A stretch of DNA of 52,527 nt, filler included, from Sphacelaria rigidula (Eukaryota): assembly GCA_964200075.2 (NCBI GenBank). It is 3 parts of 3 records of this genome, joined end to end, with 100 filler letters (N's around TTAATTAATTAA, not from the genome) between each part and the next. Parts side by side here need not be neighbours in the genome. Positions count along the whole stretch, not along the records: positions 1 to 17,446 come from CAXNAA020001081.1; 2 more parts are not named here. One strand, given 5' to 3'. Each line of letters starts with the position of its first letter. Within the stretch, counting starts at the first letter, position 1. This document shows positions 1 to 13,516 of the stretch, one piece after another. The notes under the pieces are model-generated. The model saw only the letters and a list, made by a program, of their open reading frames with translations, did not search any database and was not told the origin of the DNA. The translations under genes and the position numbers were made by a program.

Positions 1-5
1 TCTGA

Positions 6-120
6 TGATTATGGCATGCATGATCATGAGTACACCCCCCCCGTCTCCGTCTCGAAAGGGGTGCGTAGTCAATGGTCAAATGACTAAGGCAGGCAAGCAA
101 CAAATGAGTACGCCCCTCCC
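6..120. repeat. End of a TGACTACGGCATG-terminal repeat family element
   Basis: Matches 39416-39620, the inverted copy ending at 40302, and termini at 35961 and 43318. Confidence 0.7.
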
Positions 121-399
121 CTATCGTAGGATCATTCTAGACATCATCACATACACCAATATCATGCACTTCTGTAGGCCTCACGGCGAGCGAACAAAAC
201 AGCTTCTTGCGACTTCACCTGCACAATTAAATAGTCATGTACCTTCGTACCGAAGCTGCCTGATGCAACTCGAGCAGCGTTTTATGTTTGCAAGGGGCGC
301 AGAGGCAACCTTGAACGGCAGTCGACGCGCTACATGACCTCAATGTCGTCATACCGGAAGACCTAGGACTACTTACAGCATATGGTTATCTCGCCTGTA

Positions 400-1790
400 T
401 CGTCCCCTCCAACTGGTTTATGCGATTGAGGAGCTCCTCCTGCATCCCTTTGTATTGCCGAGTCATATCTCGAGTGATATCCAGCGTTCCTAGGGGCAGG
501 TGAGGATAAAAGGTTGAAAACGCAATAGGTTCAAATTATCCCACTTCCAAGCTACACCGCCGCTGATGCGGCCAGAGCGGCCAGCTTGTAGTGTTGCTGT
601 GGCATGATTGAATACATAATCTGACTGATGCCGAGATAGCCCCCCCACAGAAAGTGCACAGGAGACCGTCTCACAAACCGGTTGCGATCCCTCTGTTGGG
701 CTCGTTTGCAGCAATTTCGCCCACATGAGAGGCGTGTAGCAGTCCGACATCAGCTATAACGGCATTTATGATCATCGCCTACGTGTTCTCTTTTGGTCGG
801 TTCGGGGGAGGGCTATCTCTGCAGCAGTCATCTACTTTCTTGTTTCGAACTGCCGGGTTTAAAAGTTTCATGTAAATCGTCAAGCACCGGGTCGTTGTCA
901 TCATACCACGAACGTCATACTCTACATGTTTGGACCCTAGGACCTTCCTACGTTCTCGGAATAGTTCCAAATGCCCTGGCTCGCAGATTTCGTGCGTGCT
1001 ACCGTAGAATAATATGTTTGACGAATCGGATGTGTTCACTGGCGTTCACCGGGAGGAAATCCACAGTCTTACCTACAAAATAAATATATAAAATATTCAC
1101 ACGTCAACTCTCGATGATGATGCCCATCAGGGCTACCCTAAATGAAAACAAAAGCAATGCAGTCAACTGTCAGTACACCCCCGTAGTTGCTGCACTTTTT
1201 GCAGCACTCACCATCCTGCTCGTTTTTAACTTGCCGTTGCATGTCTTGGATCTGACATACCATCTCCCGCTTCTGCTCCAATGCTCGATTTGTCTCGTCC
1301 GTTCGATCGGCTGCGTCGGGAGAAACAAAACAAAGAAGAGAATGGCATGGCGGTGAGAACCAATGCGTTGAGTATTTTTCAGGAGCTAGGTGTGTTGCAC
1401 CCCGGCCGGCCGATGACGCCGCCACGCAGATGCTCATCGTTCCTCATAGAGGTGTTTATGTCATCCTTACGGGATAGGGTAATACTCATGCGAAGGGGAT
1501 GATGTTTTCCGTTATGATAGTTACAAGCGCTTTGATATCCTGTCATCATATCAACGCTAAAAGCGAATGTTCCGAGAAGAGCCATGATGCGATACGGGGG
1601 CGGAAATGCCTGCTCCCACAAGTGAACGACCGGACACACTCGCGGTGCGCATGTATTTGGGTTTAAACAGTTTCAGTGGACATGAGTGAGCGCTATTTAC
1701 CGGTAAAAAGCGCGTTTGAACAACTGTAGCTACTTTCGATGATGATTTGAAGCGAAATTTCGTGGCAGTTATAGCCTAAAGTTCATCACA
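400..1790 (-). pseudogene. Degenerate coding remnant, possibly a CACTA/Plavaka-like transposase
   Basis: Broken minus-strand ORFs with D..(GYQSAC)NYHNGKH..R.DEHLR and HEICEPGHLELF segments that loosely recall these transposases; many stops and frameshifts. Confidence 0.25.
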
Positions 1791-1792
1791 TT

Positions 1793-2140
1793 GTGAGTGT
1801 GTTGTCATCCCATTCATTCTGGCCGTCGGGTCACACCTTTTGGTATATGTGGGCGCACCAGCCGGGGTCACACAGGAGAAAGACCAACACAGGAGTTCTT
1901 TTATTCTCTATGTGTTCTAGTTCTCCACCTTCCTTCTGCGGTGCTTGCCTTTACTTTTGATCGCGAGAGGAGTTCAGCAGTCCCGTTCCCTCGTCGATCG
2001 TTAAGCCGAATTTTGTGTACCCACGACACGGTCGCTCTCCACTGGTGGGCATTGTCAAGAAAAACATCCCACATCACTCCGAGATTCGAACCCACGACCC
2101 AACCGTCAGAGGGTTTCGAGGTTACCAACTGAGCCACCGG
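1793..2140 (-). mobile_element. tRNA-derived SINE, copy 1
   Basis: Minus-strand head with A box TGGCTCAGTTGG and B box GGTTCGAATC; CA-rich tail; 6-bp TSD CACATT (1787-1792 and 2141-2146). Confidence 0.85.
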
Positions 2141-3336
2141 CACATTAAAAACGCACTATTGAGGTTCTGGCAGGGAGCGCGGGAAGCGCACAATGTCAAG
2201 GGCGTATGTACTGCACTGCAGGGAAGTGCACAGAGCATCACGTAGAACGCAAGGATTTAGCACAACTGTTGTCCACAGTAGAGCACAGGATACTGCCTGC
2301 CGCATTTGGAGCTTGAGCAAGCAACGAAGAGGAGGCACGTGGTGGGAGTGTCTACCGAGGGTTCTTGCATCGACCGAAGACGTTCATCTAAGGTGTTTAC
2401 AACTTCTATCAGATCGACCAGCAGTACGCGAGCTTGTGACCCGAGAGGCCCTTTAGCTCCACAGGTAAGGGATTCACATCGTACCTCCATGAATTTTCAA
2501 CGGCGAGCCGTGCAAGGCAAGCAAAATCGAGGAAACTGGTGGTGGCATGCATATGATGTGCTATGACTCGTTCGTACTGGTAACTACTGTGCTTGATGCG
2601 CCTACTGCATTCCAGTTGGGTGTGGTGGGTGACCCTCTAGCCTGAAAAGCTCGTCCGTCTGGTCGGTGGCGCTAGGCAACGGGTGGGTAGTCGCGGTTGG
2701 TGTCACGAACCACCCGTGTTCCGCGGGTTAGGTTCTCTGTGTCGAGTTTTAGCTATCAGCCAGGCCATAGTCGTGTGGTACAAGGGATGGCGTCGTGCGT
2801 TCATGGTGTTGCGACGGCGCCGTTCAAGTACTTCGGAGAGAGTAACACTTTCTAAGAAAGGGCTCAGGAAAGCCAGGGAAAGACTGTAGCGGGAGCAATT
2901 CCGTGCAGGGCTAGCTGGAGGAAACAGCTGCGCTCTATGTCAATTTTGAAAAGTACCTAGGTCATGTCGTGTGGTATCGTTTCGTGTAATACGTCTTGAG
3001 ATGATTTGGGGTGAGATCGCTCTCTTCCCCCGTGTCCTGTGTAGTGATGAGTGGCATATCTGAAGTGTGCTTATAACTCACATCTCCCATGGAAGAGCGG
3101 CAATCTTGTTTGTAGATTTCGGTCTGGTTTGTGATGAGACTGGCGATGCAGCGGTATGCGTACTCTGATAATGTGATTAATTGACAAATACAGCTTTTTG
3201 TGTGCTTTCATGGGTGATGAGCGGACCGTTGTATGCACTTGCGCTTGGAGGTGATGTGTCGACACTGACAGGGTAAATGCTTGCTGAATGGTACATCCGT
3301 TTCGGGAGAAGATATAGTATGAAGAGGGAAATTAAT

Positions 3337-3701
3337 GTTTTTGTTGTGTGTGTCGTCCCATTTATTGTGGACGCTTATACCTATATCTTCCGGTGTATGT
3401 TGGCGCATCAATCGAGGTCGCGCACGAGGAAAGTCACACAAAGGGCGCTTTTTTTCCTTGTTTTCTCTTCACATTCCTTCTGAGGTGCTTGCCTTCACTT
3501 TTATCGCGAGAAGGGCTCGGCTGTCCCTTTTCCTTGTCGACAGGTTTTATCGAGATTTGTTTACTTACGCAATAACCGCCTCACACTGCTAGGCGTATTG
3601 TGAGGGAAAAACCCAGTTCCGGTGACTGCACCGAGGATCGAACTCACGACCTAACCATCACAAGGTTTCCGTGGTAGCCAACTGGGTTACCGGGGCGACA
3701 G
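3337..3701 (-). mobile_element. tRNA-derived SINE, copy 2 (more diverged)
   Basis: Homologous to 1793-2140; A/B-box head, CA-rich tail; TSD ATTAAT (3331-3336 and 3702-3707). Confidence 0.8.
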
Positions 3702-3709
3702 ATTAATTG

Positions 3710-6560
3710 GAGGGAATTTCAAATATCGATTTGTTCTATTGTAAGCAGTTGCCTCAATCCGAGGTGTACCCCTAGGATCACGAATGCAGGCAGTCGTAGG
3801 GTTACGACAAATCTCTGCTTTTTGTACCGTATTTGACCTTGCTCCCATATGGATTCTGTGTGTGGGGTCAGGTCAGCCCTTGATTTGATCACTGACCTCC
3901 AAAATTCCATAACCACAGAGGTCAGTGGCGGTTGGGCAAACATTTTTTTTCGTGACTAAGGCCACGCAGAAATGTAGCCTGCCGATTCCAGCATTCTTTT
4001 GGATCATTCGTGTCGTCTTCGTAGATATAGCTTGACCCGGGGCAGGGCTCTTTGACCTTATCCAATATCTAGGTGATTTGATGTAATGTCGTTTCAGTAG
4101 GTTGACACAGCGCACTGGTACTTGACCCGATGAATTGATTTTGATTGATGACGTGAGTATTTACCGCCCCAGCCACTCCGGTTGATGTGATGCACCGCGT
4201 CCCGTAGGGCTTTGATTGATGATGTATGTTGCCATTGTCGTACACGGGCAGGATTTGATACGGAAACTGTGTCCATGCCTCATAATACACTACGCAAAGA
4301 CCGGTGCTATCTTATTTGATACATGGCCGGTTCTCCATCCGTTGGAACGAGTTGTAGAAAAGCACTCCTCCTTTCGCTTTGGTTGTTGACTGCCCCTTTC
4401 GGACGTTTTTTTGGTTGCACAAGGTCCAGTAGAGGCGTATAGCACTTTCTCCGATGGTTGATGGGATCGTCATGGAAGAATCCGAAGCCATGATTCATCG
4501 TGATACGTCTTACCCAGCTGTATTTGTAACGATTGCAGAGCCGCCTGATACATATTCGCCTTGTCGGCATCCGATAGCGGCGCTCCATCCTCCGCGCTCT
4601 CATCTGAGTGAAGAAAGTAGTACGGTACAGTAGTGAAGCATAGCATCAAACAATTGCAGAGTTGCAGCCGGTCCGTAAAGTGTTTCAGGTACTTGTTGCG
4701 GCAAGTATCAATAGTCGCGCGGTTCGTGGTGGTCTGAAATACGAAGATACGTAGACGACGACTACTACTCCTCCTGCAGTTTAAAAAACATGCAACCCGC
4801 AAGACCCGCAAGATCTGTACTCGTGGCAGACGGATAAAAGAACATATAGCACTCCTGAACAACTGCACATGCGACGGAAGAAATCATAGCCTCTATGGAC
4901 GTATTGATGCGGGGGAGGTGCTTTCGTAAGCCAAAGTGCTTGCTTCCTTCACACGATACAGGTTGCAGTACTCGTACTCTGGAGCGATTCAGCGTTGGAT
5001 GCCAGACTACGGGCAAATGGAAGATACGTTATACACCACATACAATCGGAATGATTTCAACAGCGACATCGCACGGTATGTGGGTGTACGTTTACCCCCA
5101 CCTTTCTTGCCACCTTTCTTGCCGCCTTTCTTCTTAGGACCCATTGTGCTTACTTTCCCCCTACAATAGTTCGCTGCCCTCCCCGAGGCGTAGAACAAGA
5201 GATCAAACCAGTAGCTTCGCGCAATATGCGGCGGAACCTTACTCCTCGATCTGCGGGTCTGAACGACACAGGTGGTGTAAAATTGAAACTCTGCAGCGGG
5301 CGTTGGGTAGTGTCCTGTGCAGAGATACCAGCGCAGAACCATGTTTGAAAAGGTCAAGAAGTACTTCGAGGAGCGAGGTATGGATGTCAATTCTGGAATA
5401 CCTGCTATTTTTCGGTTTTACACTTGTTTCTGACGCTGAACAGGCCCATGTACTGTCAAGCGTCATCTTGGATACTGCACTGTTGTAGTACAGCAACGGT
5501 TGGGGCTGGCAGCAGGGTACACCTTGAGATTTGACCAAGGGCGCACAATCGATCTTGGTACGGTACCACTGGAACGTATCACCGCAATCTCACTGCAATC
5601 ACCGCATGCTTGCTGCAACGTCTCCACTCACGGAGACTGTGTGCTCTTCGTACGTTCGGTACCATAGTTTCGACGTTGCTGCTTTTGTGGTTTGTCATGT
5701 TCGACTTTCCTGGAAGCGGAGATGTTGCAGTGTGCTTGTAGGAATTGCTGTGCTGCCTACAGTCGTGTAGCGGCGGCAGCACCGAAATCAAGATCTCCAG
5801 AACGAAACGACTGTGCCTTTGTCCTTTGGACACGATTTTTTTCAAGACATGTCGTGGGAAAGATATTCGTCGGGTGCAAGACCTTACTTCTCCCAAAAAT
5901 CGAGGTTGAGAAGCCTGTGGCCGGGGTGTGCTATACACCGTCACCTAAAGTGCGTGGACCACTTCAACTGGGTCTTGCGGGGTATTACGTGCCCGACTTC
6001 CAGTCCAACTTGATGCCCAGTGATCTGGGCCGATAGAGGTATCTGGACGGGCTCATCACCTACGGTCAAGTCGAAACGAATGTTCCGGAGGGAGGGAGGG
6101 ATAATCTGATCAGATCACCGATACCGATACTGAGGTTAGAAGAGATTGTTATTTCGGCGCTTTCAATTTGGGCTCGAGATCGCTCAAACTTTCAGACCCC
6201 GTGGATCTGGGGCATGGTCGCCATGAAGGCGTTCGGTGCTGTATTGACCGTTGCAGTCTTGCCTCCTGTGCCGGCATCGCTGCGTCATTCGGGTACATAG
6301 CTCAATGTACAAGGCTGGAACTCTTATCCTGTGTTTGGATACAATCAGTAGGATCTCCACAGAATAAAGGGATCGGGGCGGTGACGGACGAGTCCTGAGT
6401 CAAGTATTTTGCGACTGTGGGACAGATTAGTATACCAGTCATGACGCTGTGGTGTCCCAACCTCGCTCACTCAGCTCCTCATCCTCTCTAATGAAGGATA
6501 TAAGCTATCTTACCTGTGCCTGAGCCAACGAGAAACCTCAACCGGTTCAAGCCACGTGTT
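3710..6560 (-). mobile_element. Degenerate coding region, possibly the gag/protease part of a retroelement
   Basis: Fragmented minus-strand ORFs including a KKGG-repeat basic tract; a CCAACA-CG-TGG junction near 6557 could be an LTR end plus PBS. No RT motif seen. Confidence 0.3.
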
Positions 6561-6657
6561 GGCAACGTTGGGGCCGTTCGGACAAACCGAGTCTCCCTCA
6601 AAACGGTATTGCGGCTGTCGAGTTATGTTGCAAAACGTGAGACGCACCGCGTTTTAC

Positions 6658-8492
6658 CAGGGATATACACGTTACACGTGCCATAGCGTTACACGTTACG
6701 TTCACGTTACGTTTTGGCCGAAATATAACGTGAACTTTTTTTTTTTCCTCACGTGATGAACGTGACGTTAATTTTTCAAATGAAACGTTAACGTATCGTG
6801 AAATTGTTTCAACGTGACATGCGTGACGTAACGTGAACGTTAAAATTGCCCGAACGTGCGAAACAATTAATATGAAACGTTTCATGTAACGTGTAACGTC
6901 TATTACACGTTGCGCGTTCATTAGACGTTACACGTTACATGAAACGTCATAAATGTGTTACACGAAGCGGTGACACTTCAACTTTGCGACGAATTTTCAA
7001 ATCCTGAAGGATTGTGCTTCAATAAAAACCAGTGACTTTGAATAACCATGGTATAGGGCATACTATTTGAGCAAGTTCGCGCGCTCCGTGCCACCTCACA
7101 CATTATGAGCTATCGTGACAGCATAACATCATAACGTCATGATCATCCTGTCCACATTCATATCGAAAGACTGGGTGTAACGTACACGTGCACGTGGTGT
7201 TCACGTGCACCAGTACATGACATGGATCCGGGTGGGGGGGGGGACGGCAGGTCCACAACGAGGGGGTGCCGCAGCAGCCTCCAGCCAATCTCGGCCGTTG
7301 CCTGCAGCTGCAGCATCTGATGCGGGACTCGCCTGCCCCGTGGCCGATGGCTTGCAGTGTGCAGTTAACATGTATGTAGTGGGCGGGGATGAAGAAGCGG
7401 TATACAGACAGTTGATCTCGGTAGCTGGAAATTGCCCAAAACGTGCAAGGGAGTATGCAGCGGCAGCTGCTGCTGCAGTCGGAGAGGCGTACTGCGCTGC
7501 ACTGTACTGTACTATACTGTATGTATGCGCGCCGCAACGCTGATACCCTTCGAAGAGAATTTGCCGCATTCAACAAAGAGGGAAATAGCGGCCCACCCCG
7601 ACCACAAAGGGCTGAGTTATAAGGTGACGGGGACTATAATATCATCCAAAGCCACAAGTGGTGGGCGGCCCGCCGGTCGCCTCATCCTGTTGGAAGCTCT
7701 CTACCGCGACCTATACTGCTTGCAACATTAGATGTACATTACCTAATGCACATCCTGCACCTGAAAATAGAAAATAGATCGGATGATACTTTCGTTCTCC
7801 CTCATAACCCTGCGGTTACACCTGCGAATTTCCAGCAACACACCACTGCTTCGTGCAGACGCCAGACATGTCATTCCTAACCAGCCTCATTGGTCGTTCT
7901 GGAGGCCCGATCTCAAAAGGGTTGATATATATTACATGTGTACATATATAGAAACAAGGGTACCCGATATAGTTCTGTCTGCGAAATGCCGGGACGACGC
8001 AAGCCGGCGTTCAATCATGTTCGCGAACTGTTGTGTGTACAGTATGTGCTGTCGTGCGAATGACCGAGCATTCGAAAATTGAAAATTGAAGGTTGGCCTG
8101 GGTTGGCAATAAAAAAATGAAACGAAAAGAGGAGATATGAAAGTAATACGGTCAAAAACCAATGAACGATACACGGTAGAGAAAGTAACGTTACACACTC
8201 AGATAATGCGCCTACGCTCGAACATACGACGGGCCACCGTCAGCGTCACGTACACGGTGACGTCACGCGTTACACGACACGTTACAACGCCTTGAACACT
8301 GGTAAATGAGCCGTGACATGCACAGAATCAAACGTTACATTCGAACGTTACACGTGTCAACGTAACCTTATACTAGATGTTACACGTTACATGAAACGTT
8401 TCATATTAAGCTACATGTAACCTAACGTAGCGTTAATTTGTTTTACGTGATGGACGTACCGTGAACGTGAACGTGTAATGTGTATATCCCTG
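6658..8492 (+). mobile_element. hAT-superfamily internally deleted DNA transposon
   Basis: TIR CAGGGATATACACGTTACACGT / ACGTGTAATGTGTATATCCCTG; perfect 8-bp TSD CGTTTTAC (6650-6657, 8493-8500); ACGT-rich subterminal arrays; internal SHKWWAARRSPHP..LPRPILLAT resembles the hAT C-terminal dimerisation domain. Confidence 0.9.
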
Positions 8493-8696
8493 CGTTTTAC
8501 GACCGTGCCGATCAGCACCATGCGCATTGAGTCTTCTGGGTACAACTCACGCTACACCCGGAATGGAATGGAGCTTTTGGCATTGAAATGTTGGCACACA
8601 CATCAATCCTAGTGCAGCAGTGACGTGGTTAGTGTTGTTATCATGGAAATTTTCTGGTGTGGCCTTCTGTGTGCACTGGTGATACGACTCAGCATG

Positions 8697-8999
8697 CACA
8701 CGCCCCACGACTACGACTCTGAACCGTGTGACTCGTAGTAGTAGCCATTCAAGTCGTCGTCGTCATCATGTTTTGCATTTCGTCGTAGTTGTCCACTCTG
8801 AATCGTTGTCATTTTCCGAATTCAGCCATGGGAGTCGACCCTCAGTCGCCGTCTTTATCCCCATTTTACTTGCGGGAGCCGGTCCTGAGTCGTCGGCATT
8901 TTTCGAATTTTGTGGCAAGAATCGACTCTGATCGTCCCCCATTTAAAAAATTTAGTCGCAGCAGTCGTGAATCACGACTCGAGTGTCGTTGGGCGTGTG
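8697..8999. mobile_element. MITE with ACGAC/GTCGT subterminal repeats
   Basis: TIR CACACGCCC(C/A)ACGAC; only an imperfect flanking duplication (AGCAT). Confidence 0.6.
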
Positions 9000-11950
9000 A
9001 AGCATTTCACACGCCATCACCAGAGTCGCATGGGAATAGATTCGGGTAATCTCCGTAAATCCACCTGCACGCGAATCACCTGAACCGTAAATCACCGGGG
9101 AAAAACTGATGTTCAGATCACCGAGAATAAAGGTCGTCATGTGTTAATATTTTCGGCGCGCGTCTGGCACAGATCATCGTTTCTTATTCAACTCAGAAAA
9201 ATAAGTTCGAACGAAACCAAGCACCCGTCCTTCAGCTGATCAAGAGCTACGGTTATTTTTTCAGCCAGGGGCAGCGAAACTCTCGGGTTCGTGCGCTTGT
9301 GTAAGATGTCGTGCTGCATTTTCGCATGCGCTCATGCGGTTGTCACGTTCATGTTCCTCTTCGAGCAAGCTGGTTTTCTATCTGCGGAAACCTGTCTCAA
9401 GGAGCCCAAAAACACTTTGTTCAAATCGGTTGGCGCTTGCTCTGACATTGTTTTTGACGATCTCTTCGGGGGTGGTATTGCAACGACCAAGTACAGGGCA
9501 TAGCTAGCAAGCTGAGTTTGAGAAGGCTGATTTTTTTCTGTCCAGATTAACCGCGGCCTTGCACAGCACGCCATCCGAAGTATGCGCCAGGTCGAGTAGT
9601 CACACTTTCCTGCGCAAACTAGGTGAATCGGGACACTGCCGAGATCCCGTAAATACTCGGCAAGCTGCACACACACACACACAACTCGTTCGAGGCTCGT
9701 CTCCTCGTCTTTGCAGGGTTTCCATGGTGTCCACTAGGCATGTCAAGGCTCGCGCGTTGTGAACAAAGCGTACCGTGTATGCATACCTTCCGATGGTTTC
9801 ACGCGCGAATAAGCAGTGTGCAGATCAGGTCTCGTCGGGGTCCCGGGATGATTGCACTCGATTCCAGCGTCGGATTACGGTAGTTCTTGCCACGCTTTGA
9901 GTATATGTGTCTGGGTGTGTTTTCGCCCCATCTATTCTGGACGCCGGGCTACATCTTTCGGTATATGTGGGCGCACCAGCCGGGGTCACATAGGAGGAAG
10001 GTCAACACATGTTTTTTTTTTTTTTTTATTCGTTTTTAGTACCCCACCTTCCTTCTGCGGTGCTTGTCTTTCCTTTTATCGCGAGAGAGGTTCAGCGATC
10101 CTTTCCCTCGTCGACCGTCAAGTCGAATTTTGTGTACTCATGACACGGTCGCTCTCCACTGTTGGGCATGGTGTGAGAAAAAATCCCAGATCGCTCTCAG
10201 AATCGAACCCACAACCCAACCGTCAGAAGTTTTCGAGGTTACCAACTGAGCCACCGGGGCGACCGCGCTGCCGTGTCTATACTTTAGAATGAATATGTTG
10301 ATTTCAGCATGTTTTTCTCTGCATCAGTAATCGACTGCGCCGCTGTCACAAGACATAGGTCTGCGAAGTGCAGCACTCGAAGTACCCATCATTTTCAACA
10401 CTGCGTTTCATGATCATGGACTGTTCGCCACATATAGTATCACGTACCACAAGGCAGAGCCCCTGGAGAGGTCAGGAGTTTCACGTGTCCATCGCGTCGT
10501 AGACTGAAGCTTTAGTTTTTGTCTCTCACATTTCCAATCGTCGATTGAGTGTTGCTAATTACGGATGTACCGCGTGCACAGACCCCGGGCCACAAGAGAC
10601 ACACGGGCTGCTCTGCAGTGGCGTCTAGCACCAATGAACGTTTTATCGGTTTTGATGTGATTTTTTCGGAAAAACACTCTTGACATGCATTCCGAGGGCT
10701 ATGGGGTTCTCGTTGCACAGAGCATGGCGATGTTAATGCCATCCCTGGGTTACGATCTCATCCACCCACCGCGCCTAAAATGTGCACGTTCAAGTCTACA
10801 GGCGAGCGTTCTCATCGGAGTAAGATGTTTAGGCCGCCGTCTCCATCAGTCTCTGCAAGGACTGTTAGGTGCGTGAAGCGCCATGCACAGTATCTCCACG
10901 TGTGTACCTACTCCGTTGTGAGTGGCCGATCCTTATGCGGCCGGAGTTGTGGTTTGGTATCCAAATTTAATGGAGTATGATCACATGCAGTGTCTCGTCA
11001 GACTCGCCTTCATGCGTGGTTTTCGGAGACTTTCGCCGATGTCCGGCAGCACATTATTATGAGTTGGTTGTTAGTGGTTCTCCGCAGAACCTGGTTTGCT
11101 GTTCACGTTTTGTTGCACAGCATACCTTGCTTGTGCTGGCATAGATTTGTGTTGCCAGTGTTACCTGCTCCCTCCTGCCCCCAAAGCTAAACATCAAGAG
11201 ACCATCGTTAACGTTGGAACCACACCCGCGAGATCACGACGGTATCTGCCAAGCACCGCCTCCCGGGGCAGAGAATATCTTCCACCTCCCGTTTCCCCCG
11301 CCTGAGTACGCGCGGAACTGAAACTGTCGACCGGCTTTTTACCCTGCACAAACTCTCACCCCCAAGGGGTTATTTTCTCATGGAATGCGACACGCATGCA
11401 TTGCGCATAGGAAAAACCGTATCTCGTGACAATCGCGGACGAATCAGTAGCGCGTTTTGTCAAGGTGTTGAAAGGTATACTAACCCAGCACTGGCTGGGT
11501 TGTTGAAACGAAATACTTTCGGCCTGTCCATTGCGCGAGTAGCGAGCCTTCGGTGGCGTGTGTTTCCATGTTGTCGCGTTCGTGAATCCATGCAAGAGAT
11601 TCAGACAAAGTCAAATTTGATGCTATCCTGTCATGAAGAGCGCATCAACAGCTATGTCGTCGTTGCTTGCATGGGTTGAACTATCACATTCTTTGGCGTG
11701 TCTTGTATGCGGCCTCACATGTGGTTTTCTGATCCTAGTTTGTTCCGGCTTCCGACACAACGGTACACTGTACGAAGAGGTAGTGGGTGATTGCCGCCAA
11801 CCTTGCCAAGGCGATAGGTTCAGTCCACGGTGCATCGTTGATCCTTTGAAACGTACATTACCAGGCGTTCGTCCCTTAACCACGGAGCGTTTCAAAATCT
11901 CTCCGAGGCCCATCTGCAGATGATGAACAAGACAAACTGTCTCCAATTGT
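9000..11950 (-). pseudogene. Degenerate coding remnant, possibly a KDZ/Zisupton-like transposase
   Basis: Broken frames with Cys-rich segments and HQFFPGDLRFR..W.YGDY; interrupted by a SINE. The family guess is weak. Confidence 0.2.
9900..10264 (-). mobile_element. tRNA-derived SINE, copy 3
   Basis: Homologous to 1793-2140; A box TGGCTCAGTTGG, B box GGTTCGATTC, CA-rich tail. Confidence 0.85.
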
Positions 11951-11964
11951 CATGCCTCAAAGCG

Positions 11965-11965
<1 letters not shown>

Positions 11966-11994
<29 letters not shown>
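11966..11994. repeat. (TA)n microsatellite
   Basis: Directly visible. Confidence 0.9.
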
Positions 11995-11996
<2 letters not shown>

Positions 11997-12664
11997 CCAT
12001 GAACATTATGGTTAGCTTCCAAGGCCGAACTGAGGGATGTCTTGTCATGTTCGTGCATTTACATTCACACCTCCTGCGCCACATAAGGCAAGCTCAAGAT
12101 ATAGGTGTGTACACGCCCAACCCCCACCAGACCCCTGTCGAGACACTCTAAATCATACACGCAGCACTCTTGAAACTCTGCGCTATGCTCGATCCGTCTA
12201 TCGCTGCTCCGCATTATCTTGGATGTGGAGTGCGTTCTTTGGAAGCCATATGGATGCAAATCTCCGAAGTGTATACGTGCGCTACTAAAAAAATATGACA
12301 TGCAACAAGGGGTCAACGCAAAAGGACCAAGTCACCTGACCCGCAGTCACTGGTCGAACAAAGCTCGACTCACCATCCCCACTGTTATGTTCCTCTATAC
12401 TTTCGTCAAAGCATGGAACCCTTTATGTCATACTTATACTAAAACCAAATAGTTTTCAAGACCGCAATGCAACCAAAATGTGTCGTGGTTCCACACTGAA
12501 AATATAGTCACCTGCACAAAGCTGCCCAACCCTTAGCTACCCCAACCCTTGTGGACAATGCATTTTTTTTCGATACAGTAAGAACGCTTTTGCAGTTGAC
12601 GTTGCTTCGAAGGTATTATTGAACCCCCTCTTGCGGTGTATCTATATGATTCCCGTGTCGGCAG

Positions 12665-12771
12665 GGGTGACGGCGGCGGACATCCCCAAGGCGATCGTCG
12701 TGCATAACCTACTCGGCGCCGCCTTCATGGTCATGACGTGGGGGGCTTTCTACCAGATACAGCCTTCGCAG
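12665..12771 (+). CDS. Internal exon (phase 1-0) of a small membrane-protein gene, GVTAADIPKAIVVHNLLGAAFMVMTWGAFYQIQPSQ
   Basis: cag acceptor and gtatgt donor; hydrophobic segment; in frame with the next two exons. Confidence 0.8.
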
Positions 12772-13394
12772 GTATGTGGTGGGGTGGGGACGGCGATGTG
12801 TTGGTGATGGTTCACGACCTTTCGTATGGTTTCATTTCACGTCCTAGTCAGGGTTTTGGTCGTATTCCATTTCATGGGTTGGTACTCTTTTTGTTTGTTT
12901 GTTTTATCTACGGTGTGAACTCAGCTTTTGCAGAGCTACATCAGAATATAGCTTGGCAGCGGCAGCCGCAGCGCCATCACCGACAGTCGCAGCAAGCTGC
13001 GCACGTATATGCTGTTGTTAATGAGCCACCGATTGAAAAAATTGCTCCCGGAGTTTGGAGCAGCAGCGCTCGTTCGTGTCCGCGTGGGTGGCGATCCGCA
13101 CTTTTTTGTTCTCTATCTTGGACGTTCGACCACACGGTTGTCCGGTTCAGTCTCTTCTGCTTACATTTGCGCACCGATGCGCACATACGCATGAGCTGGA
13201 TACGCGCATGTATGGTGAACGCTCGTGAAACAAGGAGATCGCAAATTTGCTTGTCGTGTAGTCGGAGGGCTTTGCTGATTGAGCTCTTCCTATACGTGTC
13301 TCTGAGACCCCCCCCCCCCCCCCCATCTCTCTCCGTTTTCTTGTTTCTCGTTATTTGCTGTTGTGGTGGGTGTCGCGAAATGAACTGGATGCAG

Positions 13395-13516
13395 AGGCCA
13401 ATGTTTGCGCCGATGAAGAGGGCAGTTACGAACAGCAACAAGGCTGTGGTGGTCAAGATGAGGCAGTCATACAAAATCGTCGTCTCTGAGGCGGAGCGTC
13501 GAATGGCGCCACAGTG
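13395..13516 (+). CDS. Internal exon (phase 0-2) of the same gene, RPMFAPMKRAVTNSNKAVVVKMRQSYKIVVSEAERRMAPQW
   Basis: cag acceptor and gtaaga donor; phases match both neighbours. Confidence 0.8.

Noticed and set aside
2070-2140. Functional tRNA genes at the A/B-box sites
   Set aside because: Each is the head of a 350-bp repeat with tail and TSD; no complete cloverleaf.
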